64,000 nucleotides of DNA from a bacterium (lineage in GTDB: Bacteria > Patescibacteriota > Minisyncoccia > Minisyncoccales > CG1-02-41-26): positions 203-64,202 of the forward strand of contig JAUXAO010000004.1 of assembly GCA_030619905.1 (NCBI GenBank). The letters run 5' to 3'. The translations under genes and the position numbers were made by a program. A model generated the notes under the pieces. That model was not told the origin of the DNA and did not search any database. It worked only from the letters and a program-made list of their open reading frames with translations. Below, one piece after another: positions 32,346 through 41,310 of the stretch (position 1 is the first letter of the stretch; each line of letters opens with the position of its first letter).

Positions 32346-33554
32346 ATGAACTTCAAAAAACTGAAAAATTTTTTAGTAGTATTTCTTTTTTTATTTATTC
32401 TCTTTAATGCCTCCCCAGTTTTTTCTCAAGAAGAAGAGACTGTCTTGTATTTTTTCTATGGCACAGGATGCCCTCATTGCGCTCAAGAAAAGACGTTTTT
32501 AGAAAAACTTGAAGAAAAATATCCTCAACTAAAGATACAATCATATGAAGTTTTTGGTAACAAAGAAAATGCAGAATTACTTTCAAAACTTTTTGAAATC
32601 TGTGGAGAGTCAGGTCAGATTAGGGTGCCAGCCACTTTTATCGGGGACAAAGTTATAATTGGATACTTGAGTGAAGAGATTACAGGAATTCAAATTGAAA
32701 ACATATTAAAAGAATGTCTAGAAAATGGATGCCAGGACTCTCTTGAGAGATTAGAGCAATGTGAATGTCAAAAAGAAGAAGAAAAGAAAGATCAGTTTAT
32801 TCATTTTCCTGTTATAGGATTGATTAATCTTTCTAAAATGTCTTTACCTGTTTTAACGATAACTTTGGGAGCTCTAGATGGTTTGAATCCTTGTGCTATG
32901 TGGGTACTTTTATTCTTAATTGTTCTTTTGTTAAATACACGTTCTAGAAAAAGAATGTTGTTAATTGGAGGAACGTTTATTATTACGTCCGGAATTGTTT
33001 ATTATCTACTTTTGAGCGCCTGGCTAAATTTATTCTTAGCCATAAGTTATGTTACCTTAACTAGAACCATTATCGGTGTTTTTGCTTTAGGTCTTGGAGT
33101 TTTTCAGATTAGGAACTTTATTAAATTCCGGCCCGGAGTTTGTAAAGTTACTGATAACAAAGGTTTAGGAGATAAGATAAAAAATAGTTTTAAAAATCGT
33201 ATTCAGAAATTAGTCGGTTCGCCACTTACTTTTGGAATTTTGATTGGGATTGTAATTTTAGCTTTTGGCGTGAATTTAGTTGAGTTTTTCTGTTCAGCTG
33301 GTTTGCCTGCCATTTATACCCGAATTTTAACTTTAAGTAATTTAAGCCCATTAAGTTATTATCTTTATCTTTTGCTTTATGCTTTTATTTTTATGCTGGA
33401 CGATTTAATTCTGTTTTTAATAGCTTTTATTACCTTAAGCAAAATTGGCTTTACTGAAAAATATAATTACTGGGCGACTTTAATAGGAGGATTATTAATA
33501 TTTATTTTAGGAGTTTTATTGATATTCAAGCCAGAATTTTTAATGTTTGGATAA
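32346..33554 (+). CDS. exported CPHC thioredoxin-fold domain fused to a CcdA/DsbD-like 2-Cys membrane domain
   Basis: Signal peptide. FFYGTGCPHCAQEK active site. Membrane domain with Cys-containing helices LNPCAMWVLLFL and VEFFCSAGLPAIY. Confidence 0.75.
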   Translation: MNFKKLKNFLVVFLFLFILFNASPVFSQEEETVLYFFYGTGCPHCAQEKTFLEKLEEKYPQLKIQSYEVFGNKENAELLSKLFEICGESGQIRVPATFIGDKVIIGYLSEEITGIQIENILKECLENGCQDSLERLEQCECQKEEEKKDQFIHFPVIGLINLSKMSLPVLTITLGALDGLNPCAMWVLLFLIVLLLNTRSRKRMLLIGGTFIITSGIVYYLLLSAWLNLFLAISYVTLTRTIIGVFALGLGVFQIRNFIKFRPGVCKVTDNKGLGDKIKNSFKNRIQKLVGSPLTFGILIGIVILAFGVNLVEFFCSAGLPAIYTRILTLSNLSPLSYYLYLLLYAFIFMLDDLILFLIAFITLSKIGFTEKYNYWATLIGGLLIFILGVLLIFKPEFLMFG

Positions 33555-33571
33555 AAATATTATATTAGAAT

Positions 33572-34282
33572 ATGCTTTTAGAAATTAAAGATTTAAAAGT
33601 TCAGGGGAATGGAAAAGAAATACTAAAGGGAATAAACCTTCAGATAAAGAAAGGTGACGTTCAGGTTCTTTTAGGGCCTAATGCTTCGGGAAAGAGCACT
33701 CTCTGCCATGCGATTTTAGGAAGTCCAAAATACAGAATAACACAAGGGAAAATACTTTTTAGAGGTAAAGAAATTACCAGACTTACTCCGGAAAAAAGAG
33801 TGAAACTCGGACTTGCCTTGTCGTTTCAATCACCTCCAGTTATAAAAGGAGTTAAGATCTTTCAGTTGTTGGAGAGAATTTCAAGTACTGGAAGTCTGCA
33901 ATTCAAAAAAAATGAACCTCATTTATTGAAAAGAGATGTAAATCTGGACTTTTCCGGAGGGGAGAAGAAAATTTCAGAACTTCTTCAGGTTTTAAGTTTA
34001 AATCCAAAATTGGTAATTTTTGATGAGGTTGATTCTGGGTTAGATTTAAAGAGAGTAAAGAAAGTAGCTGAAATGATAAAAAAGGAATTGATATGTAAAA
34101 AAATTTCTGTTTTATTGATTACTCACTCTGGGGCTATTTTGAATTTCTTAAAACCTAGAATCACTAATGTAATGGTCTCAGGAAAAATTATTTGTAAAGA
34201 AAAAAATTACAAGAAAGTATTAAAAACCATTAAAAAGTATGGTTATGAAAAATGCAAAAAATGCCCATTTTTGGCAGATTGA
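33572..34282 (+). CDS. sufC: Fe-S cluster assembly ATPase SufC
   Basis: Walker A GPNASGKST, signature FSGGEKK, Walker B VIFDEVDSGLD, H-loop ITHSG. Confidence 0.9.
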   Translation: MLLEIKDLKVQGNGKEILKGINLQIKKGDVQVLLGPNASGKSTLCHAILGSPKYRITQGKILFRGKEITRLTPEKRVKLGLALSFQSPPVIKGVKIFQLLERISSTGSLQFKKNEPHLLKRDVNLDFSGGEKKISELLQVLSLNPKLVIFDEVDSGLDLKRVKKVAEMIKKELICKKISVLLITHSGAILNFLKPRITNVMVSGKIICKEKNYKKVLKTIKKYGYEKCKKCPFLAD

Positions 34283-35150
34283 CCATAAAATAAAAAATAT
34301 TCTCGAGGTAAAAGGAGTTACTATTTTGCCCAGCCCTGAAGCTTGGGAGAAATTTAAATGGACCAGAAAATGGTTAGTTAAAAAACCTAAACAAGGTTAT
34401 TTTATTTGGATAAAAAATCAAGTAAATTTTCCACTTTTTGCTTGTATTTCTATTGCCCATAAAAATATCAGGCAGGAACTTCGAAACCTTTTAATTATAG
34501 AAGAAAACCTGAAGATTTCTCTTCAGGGAACTTGCAATGCTTTAAAGAAAAATCTCTCAGGAACTCATGAAGCCCAGGGAAAGATTATTTTAAAACAAGG
34601 TTCTTCTTTAAAATACAGTCATATTCATTCTTGGGGGGAGAAAGACATTGTTGAACCTAATTATGAATTTATCTTAGGGAAAGATTCAAAGTTAGATTAT
34701 GGTTATAAAACTCTTTTTGCTCCCAAGAAACTTAGAATAAATAATTTGTTTAATCTGTCTGCTGGAGCAAGTTGTAATATAAAAATAACGGCAAATTGCG
34801 TTCAAACAAAAGCAGAGATAAAAGATATTCTATTTCTGAAAGGGAAAGGAGCTTCCGGAATAATCAATCTTAGATTAGTTGGGGGAAAAGATAGTAAGGT
34901 TTTGGCTCGTTCTCAAATTGTCGCTGATTCAGAGAGTAAAGGGCACCTGGATTGCCAGGGATTATTAACTGATAAGAAATCTGAAATTTCTCTAATACCA
35001 GAATTAGTTTGCAAACATAAACTTGCTCAGATAACCCATGAAGCTTCGATCGGGAAAATCTCTCAAGAGCAGTTAAATTACTTAAGGACAAGAGGACTCA
35101 CTGAAAAACAAGCCACAGATTTAATTATCAATGGATTTCTCAAAATATGA
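34239..35150 (+). CDS. SufB/SufD-family Fe-S assembly scaffold protein
   Basis: C-terminal HEASIGKISQEQLNYLRTRGLTEKQATDLIINGF is the SufBD signature. The start is uncertain (the track ATG overlaps sufC by 44 nt). Confidence 0.8.
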   Translation: MVMKNAKNAHFWQIDHKIKNILEVKGVTILPSPEAWEKFKWTRKWLVKKPKQGYFIWIKNQVNFPLFACISIAHKNIRQELRNLLIIEENLKISLQGTCNALKKNLSGTHEAQGKIILKQGSSLKYSHIHSWGEKDIVEPNYEFILGKDSKLDYGYKTLFAPKKLRINNLFNLSAGASCNIKITANCVQTKAEIKDILFLKGKGASGIINLRLVGGKDSKVLARSQIVADSESKGHLDCQGLLTDKKSEISLIPELVCKHKLAQITHEASIGKISQEQLNYLRTRGLTEKQATDLIINGFLKI

Positions 35151-36181
35151 ACAAAAAAGTGGTAGTTGCTATGTCCGGAGGGATAGACAGCTCAGTAGCA
35201 GCAGCTTTGATAAAAAAAAGCGGAGCAGAAACGATTGGAGTTTTTATGCGTCTTTATCCTGGTTCTTCAAGAGGTTCTGAGAAAAAAGCTCAGAAAGTAG
35301 CTAGAGTTCTCAGGATTCCTTTTTATATTCTAAATTTTGAAAAGGAATTTAAAAAGAAAGTTATTGATTATTTTTTAAGAGAATATAAGAAGGGAAGAAC
35401 TCCGAATCCCTGTGTGGTTTGCAATAAAGAGATTAAATTCGGGCTTTTGATGAAACAAGTTAAAAAAATGAAAGCAGATTTTTTGGCGACAGGACATTAT
35501 GTTAAAAAATCTACAACAAATGCAAAACTTATTTATAAGCTATTAAGAGCTAAAGACAAATCTAAAGACCAGAGTTATTTTTTGTGGAGGTTGAACCAAA
35601 GGCAATTAAAACACACTTTATTCCCCATAGGGGATTATACTAAAGAGGAAGTAAAAAGTCTGGCAAAAAAGTTTAAATTACCTGTGTTGAATGTTCAGGA
35701 ATCCCAGGAAATCTGTTTTATTAAAAATACTTGCAATGATTTTTTAAGTAGACACCTTAAGTTGAATCCGGGGAAAATTGTTGACGCTAAAGGAAAGATT
35801 ATTGGCAAACATAATGGGTTATGGTTTTATACAGTTGGTCAAAGAAAAGGGATAAAACTGCCAAGAGGACCATTTTACGTTATAGGCAAGAATTTAAAGA
35901 AAAATCTTTTGATTATCAGCAAGAATAGAAAAGATTTAGAAAGAGAAGAATTAACAACTGGGAATATTAATTGGATTTCTGGAAAAGAACCTAATTTGCC
36001 TTTAAAGATAGAAGCAAAAATCAGATATAGGCATAAACTTGCATCTGCTACGATTTGCCAGAAAAAACAAAAAACAAGATACAAAATAATTTTTAAAAAA
36101 CCTCAAAGAGCAATTACTCCTGGCCAATCAGTAGTTTTTTACAAAGGTCAGGAACTTTTGGGTGGTGGAATAATCTCTTAA
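35147..36181 (+). CDS. mnmA: tRNA-specific 2-thiouridylase MnmA
   Basis: PP-loop VVAMSGGIDSSVAA, NPCVVCN, GHYV. ATGA overlap with the upstream gene. Confidence 0.92.
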   Translation: MNKKVVVAMSGGIDSSVAAALIKKSGAETIGVFMRLYPGSSRGSEKKAQKVARVLRIPFYILNFEKEFKKKVIDYFLREYKKGRTPNPCVVCNKEIKFGLLMKQVKKMKADFLATGHYVKKSTTNAKLIYKLLRAKDKSKDQSYFLWRLNQRQLKHTLFPIGDYTKEEVKSLAKKFKLPVLNVQESQEICFIKNTCNDFLSRHLKLNPGKIVDAKGKIIGKHNGLWFYTVGQRKGIKLPRGPFYVIGKNLKKNLLIISKNRKDLEREELTTGNINWISGKEPNLPLKIEAKIRYRHKLASATICQKKQKTRYKIIFKKPQRAITPGQSVVFYKGQELLGGGIIS

Positions 36182-36185
36182 AAAT

Positions 36186-37367
36186 ATGTATGTTATTTGT
36201 CATTATGCCGAGATTGGATTAAAGGGGAAGAATAGAAAATTCTTTGAAGAAAAATTAATAGAGAATTTGAAAAAATCTTTAGTGGGTTTAAGTTGTAGAA
36301 AAGTTCAACGAATTTCAGGAAGAATTTTAATTGAATTAGATGAGAAAGCGAAAGAAAGTAAGATTAAAGAAGCATTAAAAAATGTTTTTGGTGTTGCTCA
36401 TTTTAGTTTTGCCGTATCTTGCGAGCAGGAAATAGAAGCGATAAAGAAAAAGTCTGCTGAGTTCTTAAAATCTAAAAAATTTGAAACTTTCCGCATTGAG
36501 ACCAAAAGATCAGAAAAGGATTTTCCTTTAACATCCCAGGAAGTTAACGAAAAAGTAGGGGAGTATATATTAGAGAATCTCAAGGTGCAAAATGCAAAAC
36601 TTGGAGTAGATCTAAAAAACCCGGATATAACTTGTTTTATTGAAATAGTAGAAAAATATGTTTTTCTGTACTTAGAAAAAATCAAAGGACAGGGTGGACT
36701 GCCAATCGGTGTGAGTGGGAAAGCAATTTCTTTGTTGTCTGGAGGAATTGATTCACCAGTAGCCAGTTTCTATGGAATGAGAAGAGGGATTAGAATGGTT
36801 TTTTTACATTTTCATACCCAAGAACCTGAAAAAATACAGTCTATTCAAAAACAGAATTCTATTGAAAAGACTAAAAAAATTATTAGAACTTTAAATAAAT
36901 ATCAATTTAGTTCAAAATTCTATTTAATTCCATTTTTAAATATCCAAAAGGGAATTTTTCAAAAAACTAATCCTGAATTAGGATGTATTTTATGCCGGAG
37001 ATTTATGTTCAGAATTGCCGAGGTCTTAGCTGAAAAAGAGAAAGCTGAGGCTTTAATTACCGGGGAAAATATTGGTCAGGTTGCTTCTCAAACTTTAGTT
37101 AATATTAGGGTTACTGAGGAAGCAGTAAATATTCCGGTTTTAAGACCGTTGATAGGGATGGATAAAAAAGATATAATAGACAAGGCAAAAGAGATAGAAA
37201 CTTTTGACACTTCAATCTTAGCGGAAGAATTTTATTGTCATGAATTTTTAGCAAAACATCCAGAGACAAAAGCTAATTTGGAAAAGGTAAAAGAAGAGGA
37301 GAAAAAACTTGATGTTGAAAAACTTATTAAAGAAGCAATTAAAAAGGCAAAAGTCGAAATTATATAA
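36186..37367 (+). CDS. thiI: tRNA 4-thiouridine synthase ThiI (THUMP plus PP-loop, no rhodanese domain)
   Basis: YAEIGLKGKNRKFFE, SLLSGGIDSPVASF, GENIGQVASQT. Confidence 0.9.
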   Translation: MYVICHYAEIGLKGKNRKFFEEKLIENLKKSLVGLSCRKVQRISGRILIELDEKAKESKIKEALKNVFGVAHFSFAVSCEQEIEAIKKKSAEFLKSKKFETFRIETKRSEKDFPLTSQEVNEKVGEYILENLKVQNAKLGVDLKNPDITCFIEIVEKYVFLYLEKIKGQGGLPIGVSGKAISLLSGGIDSPVASFYGMRRGIRMVFLHFHTQEPEKIQSIQKQNSIEKTKKIIRTLNKYQFSSKFYLIPFLNIQKGIFQKTNPELGCILCRRFMFRIAEVLAEKEKAEALITGENIGQVASQTLVNIRVTEEAVNIPVLRPLIGMDKKDIIDKAKEIETFDTSILAEEFYCHEFLAKHPETKANLEKVKEEEKKLDVEKLIKEAIKKAKVEII

Positions 37368-37409
37368 CAAAGGTTAAAAAATCATTAATTAGTAAGAATT
37401 AATTTCATT

Positions 37410-38174
37410 ATGTACGAAGATTTAAAAAATAAAGTTGCTATTGTCACCGGTGCTCGAAGAGGAATGGGTAGAACCCATGCTTTAAAATTAGCTCAAGAGG
37501 GAGTGAAAGTGGTGGTTTCTGATATTTCTGAAGAAGATTGTCAAAAAGTAGTTGATGAAATCAAGAAAGCAGGCGGGGAAGGATTGGCTCTGAAATGCGA
37601 TGTTTCCCAAAAAAAGGAAGTTGACGAGCTCGTTAAAAAAACAGTTGATAAATTCGGTAAAGTTGATATTTTAATCAATAATGCTGGGATTGCTCAGTTC
37701 AAACCCTTTTTAGAGTTAACTGAAGAAGAATGGGATAGAACCTTAGACATTAATCTTAAGGGATACTTTTTATGTGCTCAAGCAGTATCAAAAGAGATGG
37801 CAAAACAAAAATCAGGAGTGATAGTTAACATTGCTTCTGTTGCTATGGGTCAAGTTGGAGTTGGTTTTCCCAATGTTGTTCATTATTGTGCTTCCAAGGG
37901 AGGAATTGTTGCAATGACTGAGGCCTTAGTTTTAGAATTAGCCCCTCTTGGTATAAGAGTTAATGTTGTTTCTCCTGGAATGATTGAAACCCCAATGATT
38001 GATCCGATTAAACAAGACCCCAAAATGATAGAGGGATTAATGTCTCGAGTTCCTCTTCGAAGATTTGGCAAACCAGAAGAAGTTTCAGATTTAGTTTTGT
38101 TTTTAGCTTCCGAGGCTTCCTCTTATATGACGGGTTCTGCTGTAGTAATTGATGGTGGTTGGCTATCGGGCTAA
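37410..38174 (+). CDS. short-chain dehydrogenase/reductase (FabG-like)
   Basis: TGARRGMG, NNAG, YCASKGG (YxxxK), PGMIETP. Confidence 0.9.
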   Translation: MYEDLKNKVAIVTGARRGMGRTHALKLAQEGVKVVVSDISEEDCQKVVDEIKKAGGEGLALKCDVSQKKEVDELVKKTVDKFGKVDILINNAGIAQFKPFLELTEEEWDRTLDINLKGYFLCAQAVSKEMAKQKSGVIVNIASVAMGQVGVGFPNVVHYCASKGGIVAMTEALVLELAPLGIRVNVVSPGMIETPMIDPIKQDPKMIEGLMSRVPLRRFGKPEEVSDLVLFLASEASSYMTGSAVVIDGGWLSG

Positions 38175-38178
38175 TAAA

Positions 38179-38385
38179 ATGCCAAAGAAATTCACCAAAA
38201 ATTCAAGTTTAGCTGAAATCTTGGAGAAAAAAGGAATGGAAAAAATCTTGGCAAAATATAATTTGCCTTGTTTAACTTGTCCAATGGCCAGGTTTGAGAT
38301 TGAGAATTTGAAACTTGGAGAAGTTTGCAAGATGTATAAAATTGATATTGAGAATCTAATCAAAGAGTTAAACAAGAATTTATAG
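38179..38385 (+). CDS. DUF1858 domain protein
   Basis: ILAKYNLPCLTCPMARFEIENLKLGEVCKMYKID matches the DUF1858 pattern. The track start 38149 was moved to ATG 38179, after the SDR stop at 38174. Confidence 0.7.
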   Translation: MPKKFTKNSSLAEILEKKGMEKILAKYNLPCLTCPMARFEIENLKLGEVCKMYKIDIENLIKELNKNL

Positions 38386-38418
38386 TATAATAAAGAATAA
38401 TTCAGTTAACTCTTCTTT

Positions 38419-39294
38419 ATGAAAAAGAATATTATGAAAAAGAATATTCCTCCTTTCATAGGAATAATTATAATTCTGGTAATTTCAATTCCAATGATTC
38501 TTTATCTTATTGGTTTAGCAAGTTCTTTTGAAGAAATTTCTAAAACTGAAGATGGATTACAGAAAAAAGATATAAAGTATTTTTTCGGAAATGATTATTA
38601 TCCTATTCTGGAGGAGGAAAGCACATATGATTGTGATCTTGAGATGGATATTTCTACAGTTGAGAAAACAGTTTCTCTTAATATAAAATGTAATGTAACT
38701 CCTCCTTTTTCAGCTATTGAGGCATTTTTAGCTGTTGTTAGGGGGGATATTGAAACTAAAGGAGTAATTTATTATAGCGGAGTGGATGAAAACGATGACG
38801 AAAAGGAAGCGATTAAAAAAAGATTAGAGATAATAGATTATCCTTTTTTTGCAGTGAGCGAAGAAGAAGAAATTACAGAGGAAACAAGTCTTTGTTTTTT
38901 ACCCTGTATTGATGGTTTGCCGCCTTCTTCTTTTGATGTTTTAAACGTTGATTATAGTCCAAGTAGAAACTATCTTTCCAATCTTTTTGATAATTATGAC
39001 GAAGAGGAATTTAAAAAACTCATTGTTTCTTCAAATTATTCTCTAGAATTTTATTATGAAAACATGGAAGAGAAATTTGAGTGGAGATATCTTTTTGGTC
39101 AGTTTGATGTAGGTGAATTTAATCTTGAGATAACTTTTGATAAACCAATAAAAGAAATTAAATGTGAAAGAGAAGATATTGAGCCATTAAATAAAATTCC
39201 TTTGTTTGATTGTGAAGTTGACAAGATAGATGAGAAATCTTTTAGCGTAAAAGGATTTGCCACTGGTTTAGATAAATTAATAGCCATATGGTAG
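38419..39294 (+). CDS. hypothetical membrane-anchored extracytoplasmic protein
   Basis: 291-aa ORF with an N-terminal TM. No family recognised. Confidence 0.6.
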   Translation: MKKNIMKKNIPPFIGIIIILVISIPMILYLIGLASSFEEISKTEDGLQKKDIKYFFGNDYYPILEEESTYDCDLEMDISTVEKTVSLNIKCNVTPPFSAIEAFLAVVRGDIETKGVIYYSGVDENDDEKEAIKKRLEIIDYPFFAVSEEEEITEETSLCFLPCIDGLPPSSFDVLNVDYSPSRNYLSNLFDNYDEEEFKKLIVSSNYSLEFYYENMEEKFEWRYLFGQFDVGEFNLEITFDKPIKEIKCEREDIEPLNKIPLFDCEVDKIDEKSFSVKGFATGLDKLIAIW

Positions 39295-40379
39295 ATATAA
39301 AATTTAAGATAATTTTAATTGTATTTTTCAGCTTGGTTATTTTAACTATTTCTATCCCGGAAGCAGAAGCATTAATTGTAAGCTCTGGAGGTTCTTGTGG
39401 TCCTTATACCTGTCAGTGTAGGAATATTTTTGGAGTAGTAGCTTGTCGGGCTACTTGCAACAGTTCTAGTTGTGGTGCTCGTTGTAAATGCGGGTTTCTT
39501 GAATCGAAATGTGAAGTTCTTTGGTGCAGCCAACCTTATCATACCTGTATTAATGATGTTCACTATTTTAATCCTCAATGTAGCTCTATTTCTTGGGCAA
39601 GCGGGATAAGATGTGGATACACACAGAGAGAACCTTGTACTGATTATTGGACAGATAATTACCGCTGTTCTGGTTCTTATTTGCAAAGGTTGTATATTGA
39701 AAGAATTTGCGGGCGTAGTGCTTGTATAGACTATGAGACTTGGAAAAATTATGATTATTGTGGAAGTGATTATTGTGGCAGTTGGAGCAGTAATTATTGT
39801 AAGGATAATGATGTTTATCATAATAGAACTTGTCATGATAGAGGATGTTCAAGCAGATCTTGTTATGACAATGTTTATACCCAGGAAGAAAAAGTTGAGG
39901 AATGTGACAATAGCAGCTGGACTGACGAATACCGCTGTTCTGGTGACTGGAGACAGAGGAAATGGATAAATAGAGGTTGTTCAGCTGGTTCTTGTTATGC
40001 AACAGAAGAATGGAAGAATTATCAGGACTGTAAAGCGACTTGTTTTCCAAGTGTTTTAGGCCAAGGATGTCAAGGAGGAACTTATATCTGTAAAGACGGG
40101 ACGTGTGGTTTTCCTCTTCAGTCTTGCAGTCCTCCTTTATATACTAGTTCAGGTGTAGTCTGTGAATGTAATATTGAACAAGGGACGATAATTAAGGCCT
40201 GTAATGGGTTAGGGGCCTGCCTTAATGTAGAAGAAAAATGTGATGTTGATTGCGGAGCAGATTTATTTTGTCAGGGATTAAAACCAGAAGATGAATATCC
40301 TGGAGATCCATCTAAAATCTGTTGTAAAGGAGAAGAAGTACCTCTTCCTTTACCTAAATGGTATGAATTAGGTCCGTAA
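39288..40379 (+). CDS. cysteine-rich secreted protein with an internally repeated Cys module
   Basis: Signal peptide. Repeats CTDYWTDNYRCSGSYLQRLYIERICGRSACIDYETWKNYDYC and CDNSSWTDEYRCSGDWRQRKWINRGCSAGSCYATEEWKNYQDC. Confidence 0.7.
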   Translation: MVDIKFKIILIVFFSLVILTISIPEAEALIVSSGGSCGPYTCQCRNIFGVVACRATCNSSSCGARCKCGFLESKCEVLWCSQPYHTCINDVHYFNPQCSSISWASGIRCGYTQREPCTDYWTDNYRCSGSYLQRLYIERICGRSACIDYETWKNYDYCGSDYCGSWSSNYCKDNDVYHNRTCHDRGCSSRSCYDNVYTQEEKVEECDNSSWTDEYRCSGDWRQRKWINRGCSAGSCYATEEWKNYQDCKATCFPSVLGQGCQGGTYICKDGTCGFPLQSCSPPLYTSSGVVCECNIEQGTIIKACNGLGACLNVEEKCDVDCGADLFCQGLKPEDEYPGDPSKICCKGEEVPLPLPKWYELGP

Positions 40380-40393
40380 AGATTAAAAATTGA

Positions 40394-41275
40394 ATGGAAA
40401 ACAGAAAAAACCTAAATCTTTTGTTAGTTTTATTATTAATTCTAGCTAATGCTTTTGTCTGGCAAGCTCTTTTTAATTTAGAGAGAGATCAGGTTTTAGA
40501 AGTTACTTTTTTTGATATTGGCCAGGGTGATTCTATTTTTGTAGAAACTCCTTATGGACATCAAATTATAATTGATGGTGGTCCCGACTCAAAGATTTTA
40601 GAGAAATTGGCTAAAGAAATGCCTCTTTGGGATAAAACTATTGATCTTATTATTTTAACTCATCCGGAAAAAGACCATATAATAGGACTCTTAAAAGTAT
40701 TAGAAAGATACAAGGTTGAACAAATCTTATGGACAGGGATTGTTCGTAATACAGCAGACTATAATAAGTGGCAGGAGTTAATTCAAAAAGAAAAGGCTAA
40801 AATAACAATTGCTGAATCGTCTAAGAGAATAAAAGCGGGAAAAGTTTTTTTTAATATTCTTTATCCGTTTGAAAGTTTAGAAGGGGAAGAGTTTAAAAAT
40901 AGTAATGATACCTCAATCATTGCTCAGTTAATTTTTAATAACAGTTCCTTTCTTTTTACAGGTGATGCTCCAAAGTCAATAAAAAAGAAAATATTATCTA
41001 GATGCAAGGAAGACATAAACTGCCTACTTAATTCAGATGTTTTAAAGGTTGGTCATCATGGAAGCAAGACCTCAATTTCTGAGGAATTTTTAGAGGAAGT
41101 TTTTCCTGAAATTGCTGTTATTTCCTGTGGTAGAGATAATCCTTATAATCATCCTCATCAGGAGGTCTTGAAAAATCTTGAGAAATTTGGTATAGAAATA
41201 CTAAGAACCGATATTAATGGAGATATAAAAATTTCTTGTTTCGGGAAAGAGCTTAAGATTGAAACAGAATTGTAA
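40394..41275 (+). CDS. ComEC/Rec2-related metallo-beta-lactamase-fold protein (MBL domain only, TM anchored)
   Basis: TFFDIGQGDSIFVE, LTHPEKDHIIGL, FTGDA, VGHHGSKTS. Confidence 0.85.
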   Translation: MENRKNLNLLLVLLLILANAFVWQALFNLERDQVLEVTFFDIGQGDSIFVETPYGHQIIIDGGPDSKILEKLAKEMPLWDKTIDLIILTHPEKDHIIGLLKVLERYKVEQILWTGIVRNTADYNKWQELIQKEKAKITIAESSKRIKAGKVFFNILYPFESLEGEEFKNSNDTSIIAQLIFNNSSFLFTGDAPKSIKKKILSRCKEDINCLLNSDVLKVGHHGSKTSISEEFLEEVFPEIAVISCGRDNPYNHPHQEVLKNLEKFGIEILRTDINGDIKISCFGKELKIETEL

Positions 41276-41310
41276 GAATTTTGTTTTTTATAAAATCTTG
41301 CATTACTTTT

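Noticed and set aside
34239-34282. The 44-nt overlap between sufC and the SufBD gene as a programmed frameshift or gene fusion.
   Set aside because: The SufC ORF ends with a normal stop, and the overlap stems only from taking the first ATG of the downstream ORF. The true SufBD start may be different, and no slippery sequence was noticed.
39372-40050. Two 154-aa minus-strand ORFs (39372..39836, 39586..40050) and a 78-aa plus-strand alternate-frame ORF inside the Cys-rich gene.
   Set aside because: They lie fully inside and antisense to, or out of frame with, a gene that has a signal peptide and repeated Cys modules. Their translations are low-complexity (I/T/N/S-rich). The TGY/CAR-rich sequence simply lacks stops in other frames.
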